A stretch of 64,000 nt of DNA, taken from positions 1,792,001 through 1,856,000 of the forward strand of contig CAWCDG010000004.1 in assembly GCA_963794325.1 (NCBI GenBank), in the 5' to 3' direction. This document shows, piece after piece, positions 48,078-57,794 of this stretch. The notes beneath the pieces were generated by a model, which made no database searches, had not been told where the DNA came from, and saw nothing but the letters and a program-made list of their open reading frames with translations. Origin of the DNA: an uncultured delta proteobacterium (GTDB lineage Bacteria; Desulfobacterota; Binatia; Binatales; Binataceae). A program made the translations under genes and the position numbers. The number at the start of each line of letters is the position of its first letter. Position 1 is the first letter of the stretch.

Positions 48078-48404
48078 ATGAAGACTCACCACGCCACTAT
48101 GCTCGCGATCGTCGTCTGGTACCTGATGATTCCGCCGATTGGCGCCGACAACAAAGTTGATGCGCATGCGCCGTTCTCGCAGTGGAGAAGAGGCGTGGGC
48201 TTCGAAACTCAGAAGGACTGCGATGACTCGTTGAAGGATGCAATCCAAAATCCGATGACACCTGACGAGTATCGGGCAACTGCGGAGCAGACCCGGAAGG
48301 CAAAGATGAAGCCGCTGAGCATGTCGGAAATGACGAAGCGGACACAGGAATCACTGTGCGTCGCGGGGGACGATCCTCGGCTCAAAGCAAAAGTGAGAAA
48401 GTGA
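48078..48404 (+). CDS. Hypothetical exported protein
   Basis: Hydrophobic N-terminus ending WYLMIPP, two Cys and C-terminal DDPRLK. Confidence 0.65.
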   Translation: MKTHHATMLAIVVWYLMIPPIGADNKVDAHAPFSQWRRGVGFETQKDCDDSLKDAIQNPMTPDEYRATAEQTRKAKMKPLSMSEMTKRTQESLCVAGDDPRLKAKVRK

Positions 48405-48424
48405 AAAACGCGGCGCCGAAATAA

Positions 48425-49345
48425 TTACGTCAGCTTTGTGCCGATCTTCAGATCGCCACTGGTCGCGAGTTCGGCTGGTGCGACTTTCTTCGGATTCGGA
48501 TCGATTCGCGCTCGCTTCACCGTAATCGTGCCGCCGGTCAGCGCGATCTTCATTCCATCTGCGTCGATGAAGACGATCGTTCCCGGTTCTCCTTGCGAGC
48601 TCGCCGCTGAGAACGTGGATTCATAGAGGCGCAGGCGTTTGTCGCCCAGGCTTGCGAATGCGCCCGGTTGCGGGTCGCATCCGCGGATCAGGTTGAAGAC
48701 TTCGCGTGCGGGTTTTGCGAAATCGATCTTTGCGTGCTCGTCGCGGCATGGCGGCTCGTAGCTCGCTTTGCTCTCGTCCTGCACGATCGACGGCGCGTTG
48801 CCCGATTTGATCAGATCGACCGCCTCGACCATCGCGTCGATGCCCATCGGGAACAGCGTGTTGAAGTAGATTGAGCCGACGGTGTCGTTCTCGGCGATCG
48901 GCACGCGTTTCTGAATCAGGATGGGGCCGGTGTCGATGCCCTTGTCGGGCCAGAACCAGGTGACTCCGGTTTCCGCGTCGCCCTGGATGATTGCCCAGTT
49001 GATTCCGCTGGCGCCGCGATGACGTGGGAGGATCGAAGGGTGGAAACAGATCGACTTGTACCGCGGCGCGTAGAGAATTCGCTCGGGCACTATCAGCGTT
49101 ACGAACGCGAGGATGGCGAGGTCGGCGTCGAGCGATTTGAAATGTTCGAACGCGGCGTCGTTCTTGAATGACTTGGGCTGACTGAGCGGCAGATTCATCG
49201 CGCGCGCTTTGGCTGCCAGCGCGTCAGGCTTGCCGGCAGGCGGATCGGGTGGCGCGAAGACGTGAACGATCTCGTCACTGTGATCGACGAGCGCAGTGAG
49301 CGCTTTCTCCGCGAATGCGGCCTGGCCGAGCAGTGCAATACGCAA
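48425..49345 (-). CDS. Formyltransferase-family protein (Fmt/10-formyl-THF hydrolase-like)
   Basis: FHPSILPRHRGASGINW and IDTGPIL; TTG start behind GGAGG. Confidence 0.85.
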   Translation of the reverse strand: MRIALLGQAAFAEKALTALVDHSDEIVHVFAPPDPPAGKPDALAAKARAMNLPLSQPKSFKNDAAFEHFKSLDADLAILAFVTLIVPERILYAPRYKSICFHPSILPRHRGASGINWAIIQGDAETGVTWFWPDKGIDTGPILIQKRVPIAENDTVGSIYFNTLFPMGIDAMVEAVDLIKSGNAPSIVQDESKASYEPPCRDEHAKIDFAKPAREVFNLIRGCDPQPGAFASLGDKRLRLYESTFSAASSQGEPGTIVFIDADGMKIALTGGTITVKRARIDPNPKKVAPAELATSGDLKIGTKLT

Positions 49346-49457
49346 CGTCGTGGACCTCCGAGTTCCTAACGCTACCAAATCAAAAATCGAGTTGCATCCT
49401 GAAACGTCGTGACCTCCGATGCGTACCTTGAACTGAGCTTCGGGGGGATACTCAGCC

Positions 49458-50456
49458 ATGCGCAACCTTGCCATTTCATCGATCGTCGCGGCGGCGATAT
49501 TTGCGACTGCGGTGATCTCCGCGCAGGCGGGTCAGCCGGGGCCGGCGCCGGGGAATCACAACGAGTCACTTGTGGTCGGCGTTGGCGCGAAAAAGATGAC
49601 GCGCACCTTCATCGTGCGTGTGCCCCAGGGGTTCGACGGCAAATCGAAAGTGGCGGTGGTGTTCATGCTGCACGGTGCGGGCGGTAGCGGCGAGGGCGCG
49701 ATTGCGGAGACGGGATGGGACGTGAAGGCGGATCGCGAGGGGTTCGTCGCGGTTTTTCCCGACGGCACTCCGCCGCATCCTTTGATGCCTGCGCGATTCC
49801 TGATGAATCCGCGGTTGTGGAATGACGGCTCCGGCCGCGGCGCGATCGGCGCAAACAGTGTCGACGACCTCGGCTTTATCTCCGCGATGATCGATTTTCT
49901 CGAAGCGCGCTACACTGCCGACCCGTCGCGAATTTATTGCACCGGCTTTTCCAATGGCGCGTCGATGACGTTCAGCGTGGGGCTCAACTTGTCGAATCGA
50001 ATCGCGGCAATCGCGCCCGTCTCGGGGCATCTGTGGCAGCAGGAAAAATTACTCGAGTATCCGGTTCCCTTGCTTTTCATTATCGGCACCGAAGATCCGC
50101 TGAACCCGATCGCCGGCGGCAACGTGAAACTGCCGTGGGGCGTGACTCAATCTCAGCCGCCAGTCGAAGATTCGCTCAAGGATTGGGAACGGATGCTCGG
50201 CTGCGGAGCTCAAGTGCAGACCGCAAGCAGCAAGGACGTTCAGGAGGTCACATACGATCAGTGCGCCAAGGGCGGGGAGGTCGAGTACTACCGCGTTACC
50301 GGATTGGGGCATGTCTGGCCCGGCGGGAAGAGTCGGCTGCCGGAAAAATGGGTCGGTAAGCCGAGCGACGCGCTGAACGCGACTGACGTAATCTGGGAAT
50401 TTTTCAAGGCGCATCCGCGGCGCGCGGCGTCGAAACCGATCATGAAGAACGATTGA
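49458..50456 (+). CDS. Secreted LpqC/PHB-depolymerase-family esterase
   Basis: Signal peptide, LHGAGG, GFSNG and GHVWPG. Confidence 0.85.
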   Translation: MRNLAISSIVAAAIFATAVISAQAGQPGPAPGNHNESLVVGVGAKKMTRTFIVRVPQGFDGKSKVAVVFMLHGAGGSGEGAIAETGWDVKADREGFVAVFPDGTPPHPLMPARFLMNPRLWNDGSGRGAIGANSVDDLGFISAMIDFLEARYTADPSRIYCTGFSNGASMTFSVGLNLSNRIAAIAPVSGHLWQQEKLLEYPVPLLFIIGTEDPLNPIAGGNVKLPWGVTQSQPPVEDSLKDWERMLGCGAQVQTASSKDVQEVTYDQCAKGGEVEYYRVTGLGHVWPGGKSRLPEKWVGKPSDALNATDVIWEFFKAHPRRAASKPIMKND

Positions 50457-50493
50457 CACGGTCGGTCGCGGGCAGCTTTGATGACCGATCGGT

Positions 50494-52326
50494 ATGTTTT
50501 CAATCCGGCGATTGTCTGAAATTCTCGCGATTCTTCTTCTGTTGGTTGCGGCGCCGGCGCGCGCGCAAGATGCCGCCGGTGCGCATCGCGGACGCGGACG
50601 GATCGTGGTGCTGATGGTGTGGGACGGGCTGCGACCCGACTTCGTCACGCAACGCGATACTCCGAATCTGTTCCGGCTCGCGCGTGAGGGCGTGCGTTTC
50701 GACCGCCATCATTCGATCTTCCCGACGCTAACGATGGTGAACGCCACCGCGCTCGCGACGGGCGCGCCGCCGGGGGTCAACGGCCTCGAGGGCAACAACT
50801 TCTACTTGCCGCCGTCCGCGGAAACGCCGAAGGGTGAGATCGTCAGCGCCGAGGGAGCCAAGGCGATCCTGAATCTGAACGGGTCGAACGAATTCAAAGG
50901 GCGGCTGATCGGGCTCGACACTATTGTGCAGGAGGTCGCGCGCGAGGGCGGTTACGTCGGCGTGATTGGAAAGCAGGGACCGACTGCGGTGTTCGACAAT
51001 CGCGTCGCCACGATTGTCGACGGCAAGGACATCGTCGGCGAGCCGCACAAGGATTACCTGTTCGCGTCGGAAGACCTTGTAGCGCCGGAGTCGGCCAGTG
51101 AAAAGATCACGGTCCCGCCCGATTCGAAGACCGCGGTGGCCGACGAGCAGCGCGATTTGTACTACGCGCGGCTGGTGGTCGAGAACGTGCTGCCGGCGGC
51201 CAAGTTCGCCGCCGATGAGGGACGGCCCGCGCTGGTCGTCTTCTGGCAGCATAATCCGGATCTCACGCAGCATATCGCGGGACTCGGCACGCTGCCCGCG
51301 ATGGAGGCGCTCAGTCTGTGCGACGGTAACCTCATGCGCGTGCGCGCGGCGATCGACGCGCTTGGAATCGCGGACAAGACCGACCTGATCGTGGTTTCGG
51401 ACCATGGATTTGCGACGATCAAGTTCCGCATCGTGCTGTCCGAGATGCTGGTGGCGGCGGGAATCAAGAAATCGCACGACAGCACCGACGTGGTCGTCGT
51501 GCCCAACGGCGGCGCGGATCTGGTGTACCTGTCGCCGACCGAATTCGCGACGCCGGAATCGAAGCGCGCGGTGCTGCAAAAAATCGTCAACTTCGCCGAG
51601 GCGCAGGAATGGTGCGGGCCGATCTTCTCTCGCGAATCGGCGACTGCGCCCGACCAGCCGAGCCGCCGTGGACATCGTCAGCGCGCGCCCAAGCCGTATC
51701 TTGGATGGATCGACGGAACCTTCAGCCAGCGCGTCGTGGGACTGTACAATCCCGCTCGCTCGCCGGACCTGGTGATTTCATTTCGCGAGGAGCCCGACGC
51801 CGACAACAAGCATCTTACCGGGCCGGGCAATCCCGCGTTTCTGATCGGGCAAATCGGACAGGTCTCGACGCCGAACAAATCTGCCGAGCTGGTCCATCCG
51901 GTGAAGGGACTGGTGTACGCCGACACCGGGACCAGCCAGACGTTCACGACCGGGATGGGGATGCATGGCGCGGCGGGCGAGCGCGAGATTCATAATTTTT
52001 GCGCGGCGACGGGTCCGGACTTCCGCCGCGGATTCGTCGATGTGAATCCCACCGCGAACACCGACGTCACGCCGACAATCACGGAGATACTCGGCACGAT
52101 GCCGAATATTGGCCCCGGCGGAATCGCGCCCGCGGGGCGTTCGATGGCCGAAGCGCTGACAGACGGTCATCGCAGCGCAGGAGGATCGCACACGCAAACA
52201 ATGACGGCGGACCTGATGCTGCAAGGCGTCGAGGCAGTCACGACGCTCCACGTCACATGGATCGGCGACGAGCCGTACCTCGACAGCTCAACCGTCGAAC
52301 ACAAGCCGCTGGGCAGCTCGCCATAG
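50494..52326 (+). CDS. Secreted alkaline-phosphatase-superfamily (NPP-type) phosphodiesterase
   Basis: WDGLR, PTLTMVN (Thr nucleophile), PDLTQH, SDHG and MHG. Confidence 0.85.
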   Translation: MFSIRRLSEILAILLLLVAAPARAQDAAGAHRGRGRIVVLMVWDGLRPDFVTQRDTPNLFRLAREGVRFDRHHSIFPTLTMVNATALATGAPPGVNGLEGNNFYLPPSAETPKGEIVSAEGAKAILNLNGSNEFKGRLIGLDTIVQEVAREGGYVGVIGKQGPTAVFDNRVATIVDGKDIVGEPHKDYLFASEDLVAPESASEKITVPPDSKTAVADEQRDLYYARLVVENVLPAAKFAADEGRPALVVFWQHNPDLTQHIAGLGTLPAMEALSLCDGNLMRVRAAIDALGIADKTDLIVVSDHGFATIKFRIVLSEMLVAAGIKKSHDSTDVVVVPNGGADLVYLSPTEFATPESKRAVLQKIVNFAEAQEWCGPIFSRESATAPDQPSRRGHRQRAPKPYLGWIDGTFSQRVVGLYNPARSPDLVISFREEPDADNKHLTGPGNPAFLIGQIGQVSTPNKSAELVHPVKGLVYADTGTSQTFTTGMGMHGAAGEREIHNFCAATGPDFRRGFVDVNPTANTDVTPTITEILGTMPNIGPGGIAPAGRSMAEALTDGHRSAGGSHTQTMTADLMLQGVEAVTTLHVTWIGDEPYLDSSTVEHKPLGSSP

Positions 52327-52354
52327 TCTCAGTCCAATGCGGCGTATTTTTTGA

Positions 52355-52516
52355 TTCCCTCCCCCATTGTGGGGGGAGGGTTAGGGTGGAGGACCATTGG
52401 CGCGCGATTGTCTGGTGCGCGCCATGCTCGTTCACGCCGGCGGATTTAAGAGATATGGTCCTCCACCCGCCGCGCGAGGACGCGTGTCGGCCTCCCCCCT
52501 CGAACGGGGGAGGCGA
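52355..52516. repeat. Inverted pair of CCCT-type REP-like elements
   Basis: gggtggaggaccat (52384) and atggtcctccaccc (52455) flanked by CCTCCCCC/GGGGGAGG hairpins; lies between convergent genes. Confidence 0.65.
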
Positions 52517-52547
52517 GGGCAGCCGCCGTTAGATTCGGTGCTGGCTG

Positions 52548-53240
52548 TTAACCGAGCGGGTTGCCGCCGAAGATCATTGGATGGAGTGCGAGGATCGCGA
52601 CCGTCAACACGACGCCTGCGCCGATCGCCGCCCATGGCATGTCGCCGCTGGTCCATCGGACGCGTCCGCTGATCAGTGCGGCGAACGGCGTGAACGACGT
52701 CTTCGCGACGAATGCCCGATAGTTCTCGCCGAGCGCGCGAATCTTGCGCTGGTCCTGATGCATCCCGCCGATGATCCCGAGCGCCGGGAACATCCCGAAG
52801 AAGATCACGTCGCCGGCCCATCCGTTCATCAGGATGTGCGCGATTCCGAACAGGCTGAATGCGACAAAACTCGGATGCCGGGTGATCTTCAGAATGCCGC
52901 GCGGTTCATTCCCGCCCGCCGAGGGCGCCATCCCACCCGGATTCGGATTGATGAAACTTCCGACGAACAGGATCAGCGCCGCGAGCATCAGAATCCACGC
53001 GAGCCATCGAATTGGCTCATCGGCGCGCAGGTACCAGAGCAGGGGTCCGGCGTGCTTGTTGCGCGCGAACTCGTAGATGAGCGGTCCAAGGGTCGCGGCC
53101 GCGACCAGCGAATAGATGCCGCGATACGGTTGATCGCCGACCGCATTGATCAACCGCGCGCGCACCGCTGACGACGATATGATCAGATGGCTGGCGAGGA
53201 ACGAGAACGCCCACAGTGCGATCCATATTGTCGCATCCAT
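52548..53240 (-). CDS. NnrU family membrane protein
   Basis: FLASH..YRGIYSLV, ITRHP, AHILMNG and KTSFTPFAA. Confidence 0.85.
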   Translation of the reverse strand: MDATIWIALWAFSFLASHLIISSSAVRARLINAVGDQPYRGIYSLVAAATLGPLIYEFARNKHAGPLLWYLRADEPIRWLAWILMLAALILFVGSFINPNPGGMAPSAGGNEPRGILKITRHPSFVAFSLFGIAHILMNGWAGDVIFFGMFPALGIIGGMHQDQRKIRALGENYRAFVAKTSFTPFAALISGRVRWTSGDMPWAAIGAGVVLTVAILALHPMIFGGNPLG

Positions 53241-53349
53241 AGCGGAATAATCGCACGATTGCGGTTTTGGTCAATGCAGCGCGCGCGTTGCAGTAAAATA
53301 GTCGATTCACGAATCGAGTCGAGCGGGGTTGTAGGTATCAGGAGCAAAA

Positions 53350-53535
53350 ATGATGATACCGACAATCCAGTTTGAAGAGGCGCGTTTCAGCGAAGTTGCG
53401 GTTCGAGTTGTCGAGCATGAGCTCAGCGACGGTGTCCGACTCGCACAGGCGTGCATTCTCGAGGAAATCCTCGGCGCAGTTTTCGGATCGATCACGCTGT
53501 GGTACTTGGTGAGTTCGATCGCCCACCTGGCGTGA
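53350..53535 (+). CDS. Small membrane protein (61 aa) upstream of ECF sigma
   Basis: AGGAG RBS, C-terminal hydrophobic helix and GTGA overlap with the sigma-factor frame. Confidence 0.5.
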   Translation: MMIPTIQFEEARFSEVAVRVVEHELSDGVRLAQACILEEILGAVFGSITLWYLVSSIAHLA

Positions 53536-53543
53536 CAGACGCG

Positions 53544-54053
53544 ATGCCGACGTTCAATCTCAAGCTGCCGCCGCCGTTCGAAGATGCGGTCAAGAGCATG
53601 GAGCGCGAGATCATGCGCTTCCTGATGAGGTCGACCGGCGATCGCGACGACGCGATGGACCTGTTTCAGGAGACGTGGCTGCGCGCGTATCGCGCGTATC
53701 CGACGTTGCAATCGGAAGATGGACTGCGGCCGTGGGTTTTTCGAATCGCGTCCAACCTGTGCCGCAACCGCGCGCGCGACCGGATGCGTCGCAGGCGCGT
53801 GATCTCGCATGAGAGTGCTGACGACGAGTCGGTCGAGCATCGCGCGCAGCATCATCTTAATGGCGGGCCCGAAGGCGCGCTTCATTTGAAGCGATCGATC
53901 GCTCGGCTGCCGGGCAAGCAGGGGCAGGCATTGATGATGCGCAAGTTCGCCGGGCTCGAATATGCGGAGATCGGCGCGGCGCTCGATTGCTCGGCCGAGA
54001 GCGCGCGCGCATGCGTTTACCAGGCGTTAAAGAAACTCCGGGTCGAAGAGTAA
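53544..54053 (+). CDS. ECF-type RNA polymerase sigma factor
   Basis: DAMDLFQETWLRAY and WVFRIASN (region 2); GLEYAEIG (region 4). Confidence 0.88.
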   Translation: MPTFNLKLPPPFEDAVKSMEREIMRFLMRSTGDRDDAMDLFQETWLRAYRAYPTLQSEDGLRPWVFRIASNLCRNRARDRMRRRRVISHESADDESVEHRAQHHLNGGPEGALHLKRSIARLPGKQGQALMMRKFAGLEYAEIGAALDCSAESARACVYQALKKLRVEE

Positions 54054-54058
54054 TCAAT

Positions 54059-54862
54059 ATGAAAAGCAATCAAGCAGGTTCGCAGATGAAAGATAATCCA
54101 CTGATCGACGACCGGATGCTCGACGCAATGATCGTTCGGACGCGGCCGCGCATCGAGCGCGCGATGAAGGTTCTGCGACGGCCGCAGGCGCGGGTCGGCG
54201 TGATTCCGTCACCGCTCGGGAAACTTCTGGTCGCGGAGAGCGATCGCGGTCTCGCCGCGATTCACTTTCTTTTCATCAGTGGAGGCGAGCGCACGCTCGA
54301 GTTGCTGCGCAAGAAGTTTGACCTGATCGAAAATGAAGCGAGCGCCCGCCGTATCGAGAAGGAAATCGATCGCGTCTTCGAAGGCGGCATCGACGCCACG
54401 GCGCGCCCGGTGGATTTGAGCCTGGTCGAGAGTGACTTCCAGCGCCGCGCGTACACGTTTCTTCGGAAGGTCCCGGCTGGGGCGGTGATTACTTATCAAG
54501 GGCTCGCTGCGACGGTTGGAAATCCGGACGCACAGCGCGCAATCGGCACTACGATGGCGACGAATCCGATTCCTATTTTCGTGCCGTGCCATCGCGTGAT
54601 CAAATCCAACGGAACGATCGGCAACTACGGCGGAGGCGTCGACAACAAGATCAAGCTGTTGCGCGCGGAAGGATTCGAAGTCGGACGCGATTTGCGATTG
54701 CCGTCGCGCGCCGTGATGGGCCATCGACACACCAAAATATTCTGCCGGCCCGATTGCTCGGCGGCGCGGCGCGCCGATCCTGACAATGCGTTAATTTATG
54801 CTGACTCGCGGCACGCACGGCATGAGGGCCTGAGGGCGTGCAAGCTTTGCAAACCCGAGTGA
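54059..54862 (+). CDS. O6-methylguanine-DNA methyltransferase with C-terminal Ada Zn domain
   Basis: SPLG and NPIPIFVPCHRV; C-terminal FCRPDC..CKLCKP. Confidence 0.88.
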   Translation: MKSNQAGSQMKDNPLIDDRMLDAMIVRTRPRIERAMKVLRRPQARVGVIPSPLGKLLVAESDRGLAAIHFLFISGGERTLELLRKKFDLIENEASARRIEKEIDRVFEGGIDATARPVDLSLVESDFQRRAYTFLRKVPAGAVITYQGLAATVGNPDAQRAIGTTMATNPIPIFVPCHRVIKSNGTIGNYGGGVDNKIKLLRAEGFEVGRDLRLPSRAVMGHRHTKIFCRPDCSAARRADPDNALIYADSRHARHEGLRACKLCKPE

Positions 54863-54882
54863 ATAGGGGGTACTGAAAAGAC

Positions 54883-54919
54883 AAAAGGGCGGCACCGGAT
54901 GCGGCGCCGCCCTTCTTTT
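54883..54919. terminator. Bidirectional terminator
   Basis: AAAAGGGCGGC...GCCGCCCTTCTTTT between convergent genes. Confidence 0.7.
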
Positions 54920-54940
54920 GATTCGATCGCTGGATGCGGA

Positions 54941-55291
54941 TTATTCGGTTTCCGACTGCGACCTGAGCTGCTGAATCTGCTGGCGCTGATTCTCGATTTC
55001 CTGCTGCTGCGACTGCACCTGCGCCTGGGTCTGCGCATTGGCATTCTGCGTATTCTGCATCGAATTGCCGACTACGTAGCCAGTACCGCCGCCCAGTACA
55101 CCGCCGATCGCGGCGCCCGCCAGAGGATGGCCGACCGCCGCTCCGATAAGTGCTCCGCCGCCTGCGCCCAACGCCGTGCCGCCGAGTGTGCCTTCCTCAC
55201 GAGTCGTGAGCGGCTGCCCCGAGCATCCTGCAATAACCAGCGACCCCGCCAGCGCCAGACTCGCGATAATTGCTATTAAACCTTTGCGCAT
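54941..55291 (-). CDS. Glycine-zipper lipoprotein, paralog 3
   Basis: IAGC lipobox, GxxxG zipper, Gln-rich tail ending ETE. Confidence 0.85.
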   Translation of the reverse strand: MRKGLIAIIASLALAGSLVIAGCSGQPLTTREEGTLGGTALGAGGGALIGAAVGHPLAGAAIGGVLGGGTGYVVGNSMQNTQNANAQTQAQVQSQQQEIENQRQQIQQLRSQSETE

Positions 55292-55334
55292 AAAGAAAAA
55301 ACCTCCATCTTCCGATCACTATACGTCACAGGAG

Positions 55335-55682
55335 CTATTCGGTTTCCTGTTGTCCCTTTAATTGTTGAATTTGCTGACGCTGCTCTTCCAATTGTTGTTG
55401 TTGTGATTGCACCTGAGCCTGTGTTTGCGCGTTGGCATTCTCATTGTTCTGCATCGCGTTGCCGACCGCGTAGCCGCCTACTCCACCGACTGCCGTACCA
55501 ATAGCCGCGCCGGCCAGAGGTGCGCCGACCGCGGCGCCGATAATCGCGCCGGTAGCCGCGCCGATACCAGCACCACCCAGAGTGCCTTTCTCGCGCGTCG
55601 AGAGCGGATCTCCCGAGCATCCCGCAACCAGAAATAGCGCCGCGAGGGCCAACGCTCCGGTTATAATAGCGTGCTTTCTCAT
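55335..55682 (-). CDS. Glycine-zipper lipoprotein, paralog 2
   Basis: VAGC lipobox, LSTREKGTL, zipper, Gln-rich tail ending ETE. Confidence 0.85.
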   Translation of the reverse strand: MRKHAIITGALALAALFLVAGCSGDPLSTREKGTLGGAGIGAATGAIIGAAVGAPLAGAAIGTAVGGVGGYAVGNAMQNNENANAQTQAQVQSQQQQLEEQRQQIQQLKGQQETE

Positions 55683-55698
55683 GTTCCTTTCTCGCCTG

Positions 55699-56052
55699 CT
55701 ACTCGGTTTCGCTCGAGCTCTTCAACTGTTGAATCTGCCGTTGCTGGCTTTCGATCTGTTGTTGCTGGGAATTGATCTGCGACTGGGTTTGAGCCTGCTG
55801 ATTTTCGGTATTCTGCATCTGGTTGCCGATTGCGTATCCGCCCAATGCGCCGATACCGCCGCCGATTGCCGCACCCGCCAACGGGTTGCCAACCGCCGCG
55901 CCGATAATCGCGCCCGTTGCAGCGCCGACGCCAGTGCCGATAAATGTGCCCTTCTCACGTGTCGACAGTGGCTGCCCCGAGCATCCCATGACCACCACCA
56001 TCGCAATCGCCACGAGCAGACCCTTAATTACAGACGTCGCATTTGTCGGCAC
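55699..56052 (-). CDS. Glycine-zipper lipoprotein, paralog 1
   Basis: GTG start after GGAGG, VMGC lipobox, zipper, Gln-rich tail ending ETE. Confidence 0.8.
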   Translation of the reverse strand: MPTNATSVIKGLLVAIAMVVVMGCSGQPLSTREKGTFIGTGVGAATGAIIGAAVGNPLAGAAIGGGIGALGGYAIGNQMQNTENQQAQTQSQINSQQQQIESQQRQIQQLKSSSETE

Positions 56053-56324
56053 CAGCTTTCCTCCGTCAAGTGAGCAGTTTTCATGCCCGCTAAGGCCGCG
56101 AGATTTTCCAACCAATTGGCGAGAGAGTTTCATATTCGCCCGGCCAGTTTTCTACCTTCTGCGTGGGCGATCAACCATTTCAAACAAAAATCGCGAATTG
56201 AAATTTTTACCGATTTCCTGTTTCACACGCCACGATTAACGAACATTCATCTTTTTACACCCGCTGCAACGAACGCGCACAATAGCAGAAATCCCGGGCT
56301 CCTTCATTCTCTTGTGGCGCCGCG

Positions 56325-57644
56325 TTACTGAACGAGGAACAGCCGCCATTCTTCGGGTACGCCCTTGAGTCCATGCATGCCGCGATCTGCGAATCGCAGT
56401 CCCGATCCCGCGACGAGGTCCCGGACCGTGCTTGAAACCACCACTTCGTCCGGTCCGGCGGTGGCTGCGACGCGCGCCGCAATATGCACTGCGATACCTT
56501 CGATATCGTCGCCGTTCAGCTCGCACTCGCCGGTGTGGAGCCCGGCGCGGACCTGGAGTCCCAGTGGACGCAGAATTTCGCGCATCGAACAGGCGCATCG
56601 AATCGCGCGATTCGGCCCGTCGAAGGTGGCCAGCAGTCCGTCGCCCCGGGTGCCCATATCGCGGCCGTGGAAAATGGTCAGCTGTTTTCGCACTGCGATG
56701 AAGAAATTGCTGAGCACCTCGCTCCATCGCAGGTCGCCCATCTCGGCTGCGTGCTCAGTCGAGCGCACGATATCGATGAACATCACGGTGGCCAGCACCC
56801 GGTCGGGATCAGGGCGATGACGTATGCCGGTAATGAATTCCTCGATCTCGTCGAGCACAAAATCCTGCAGTTCCTGATCGAAGGCTTGGAGCAAATGGTC
56901 CGAGCCCGGCAGCTCGACATACTTCGCTCCGGGAATCTTTTGGGCCAGATCGTGCCCGACTGCGAGGGGGACCAGCGAATCATCCTTGCGATGGAAAATC
57001 AGGGTCGGCACGCGGATCGACGGCAGCACGTGTCGCACGTCATTCTCGTAGTCCGCTCGGAACAATGCCTGGATAGCTCCCGGACTTGCCGCGGCGCGCT
57101 CGAGCCGGCCGAACGATTGGACAAAGGCTTTATCCTCGCGCATGCTCGGCGCGTTGAGACCAACGAGGATTCCCTCGCCCCAGTGCTCATCGAGCGCACG
57201 AAGGAATCGTTCGAATAGCGGCTGCGACACGGAATATGGTTCCGCCTTCATCGCCGCAAAGGTGCCGTAAATCACCAGCGCCGAGGTTCGTTCAGGGTAC
57301 GTGGCAGCGAACATCAATGACATCGGGCCGCCCTCTGACCAGCCAATGACGGTCGCGCTCTTCGAGCCGGCCGCATCCAACGCTGCCCGCATGTCCCCGA
57401 TTCGCTCTTCGAGGCTGTGCTCGGCGACTCGATCGGAGAGCCCCTGGCCGCGCTTATCGAAGACTATCACCCGGGCGAAAGAAGTGAGTCTCTTGAGCAT
57501 GTACTCGTTGGCCGGCAGTTCCCAGTAGAGTTCGACATGCGAGAGAGTTCCCGGGACCAGCACGATATCGCGCGGGCCGTCGCCGAAAACTCGATAGGCG
57601 ATGTGCACATCGCCGCTTTTGGCATATTTGGTCTGAGCTTCCAT
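56325..57644 (-). CDS. Alpha/beta hydrolase plus class III cyclase (LipJ/Rv1900c-like)
   Basis: YAKSGDVHIAY, GWSEGG, DRVLATVMFIDIVRST and GIAVHIAARV. Confidence 0.9.
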   Translation of the reverse strand: MEAQTKYAKSGDVHIAYRVFGDGPRDIVLVPGTLSHVELYWELPANEYMLKRLTSFARVIVFDKRGQGLSDRVAEHSLEERIGDMRAALDAAGSKSATVIGWSEGGPMSLMFAATYPERTSALVIYGTFAAMKAEPYSVSQPLFERFLRALDEHWGEGILVGLNAPSMREDKAFVQSFGRLERAAASPGAIQALFRADYENDVRHVLPSIRVPTLIFHRKDDSLVPLAVGHDLAQKIPGAKYVELPGSDHLLQAFDQELQDFVLDEIEEFITGIRHRPDPDRVLATVMFIDIVRSTEHAAEMGDLRWSEVLSNFFIAVRKQLTIFHGRDMGTRGDGLLATFDGPNRAIRCACSMREILRPLGLQVRAGLHTGECELNGDDIEGIAVHIAARVAATAGPDEVVVSSTVRDLVAGSGLRFADRGMHGLKGVPEEWRLFLVQ

Positions 57645-57758
57645 CGATTTGTCAGCCCCGCCCGGCATCCTTCCGAAGGACGCGGAAGAATCATAGGCAA
57701 GACCCGGCGCAGGGGCCAGCCCCGCATCGTCGCGAGAGGAGGCGCGGATCTTCGGGTA

Positions 57759-57792
57759 TTGACAGAACTTCGATAATTCGATAGTTATCAAA
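57759..57792 (+). promoter_or_regulatory. ars promoter/operator
   Basis: TTGACA followed by imperfect palindrome TTCGATAA-N8-TTATCAAA immediately before the arsR ATG. Confidence 0.6.
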
Positions 57793-57794
57793 AT

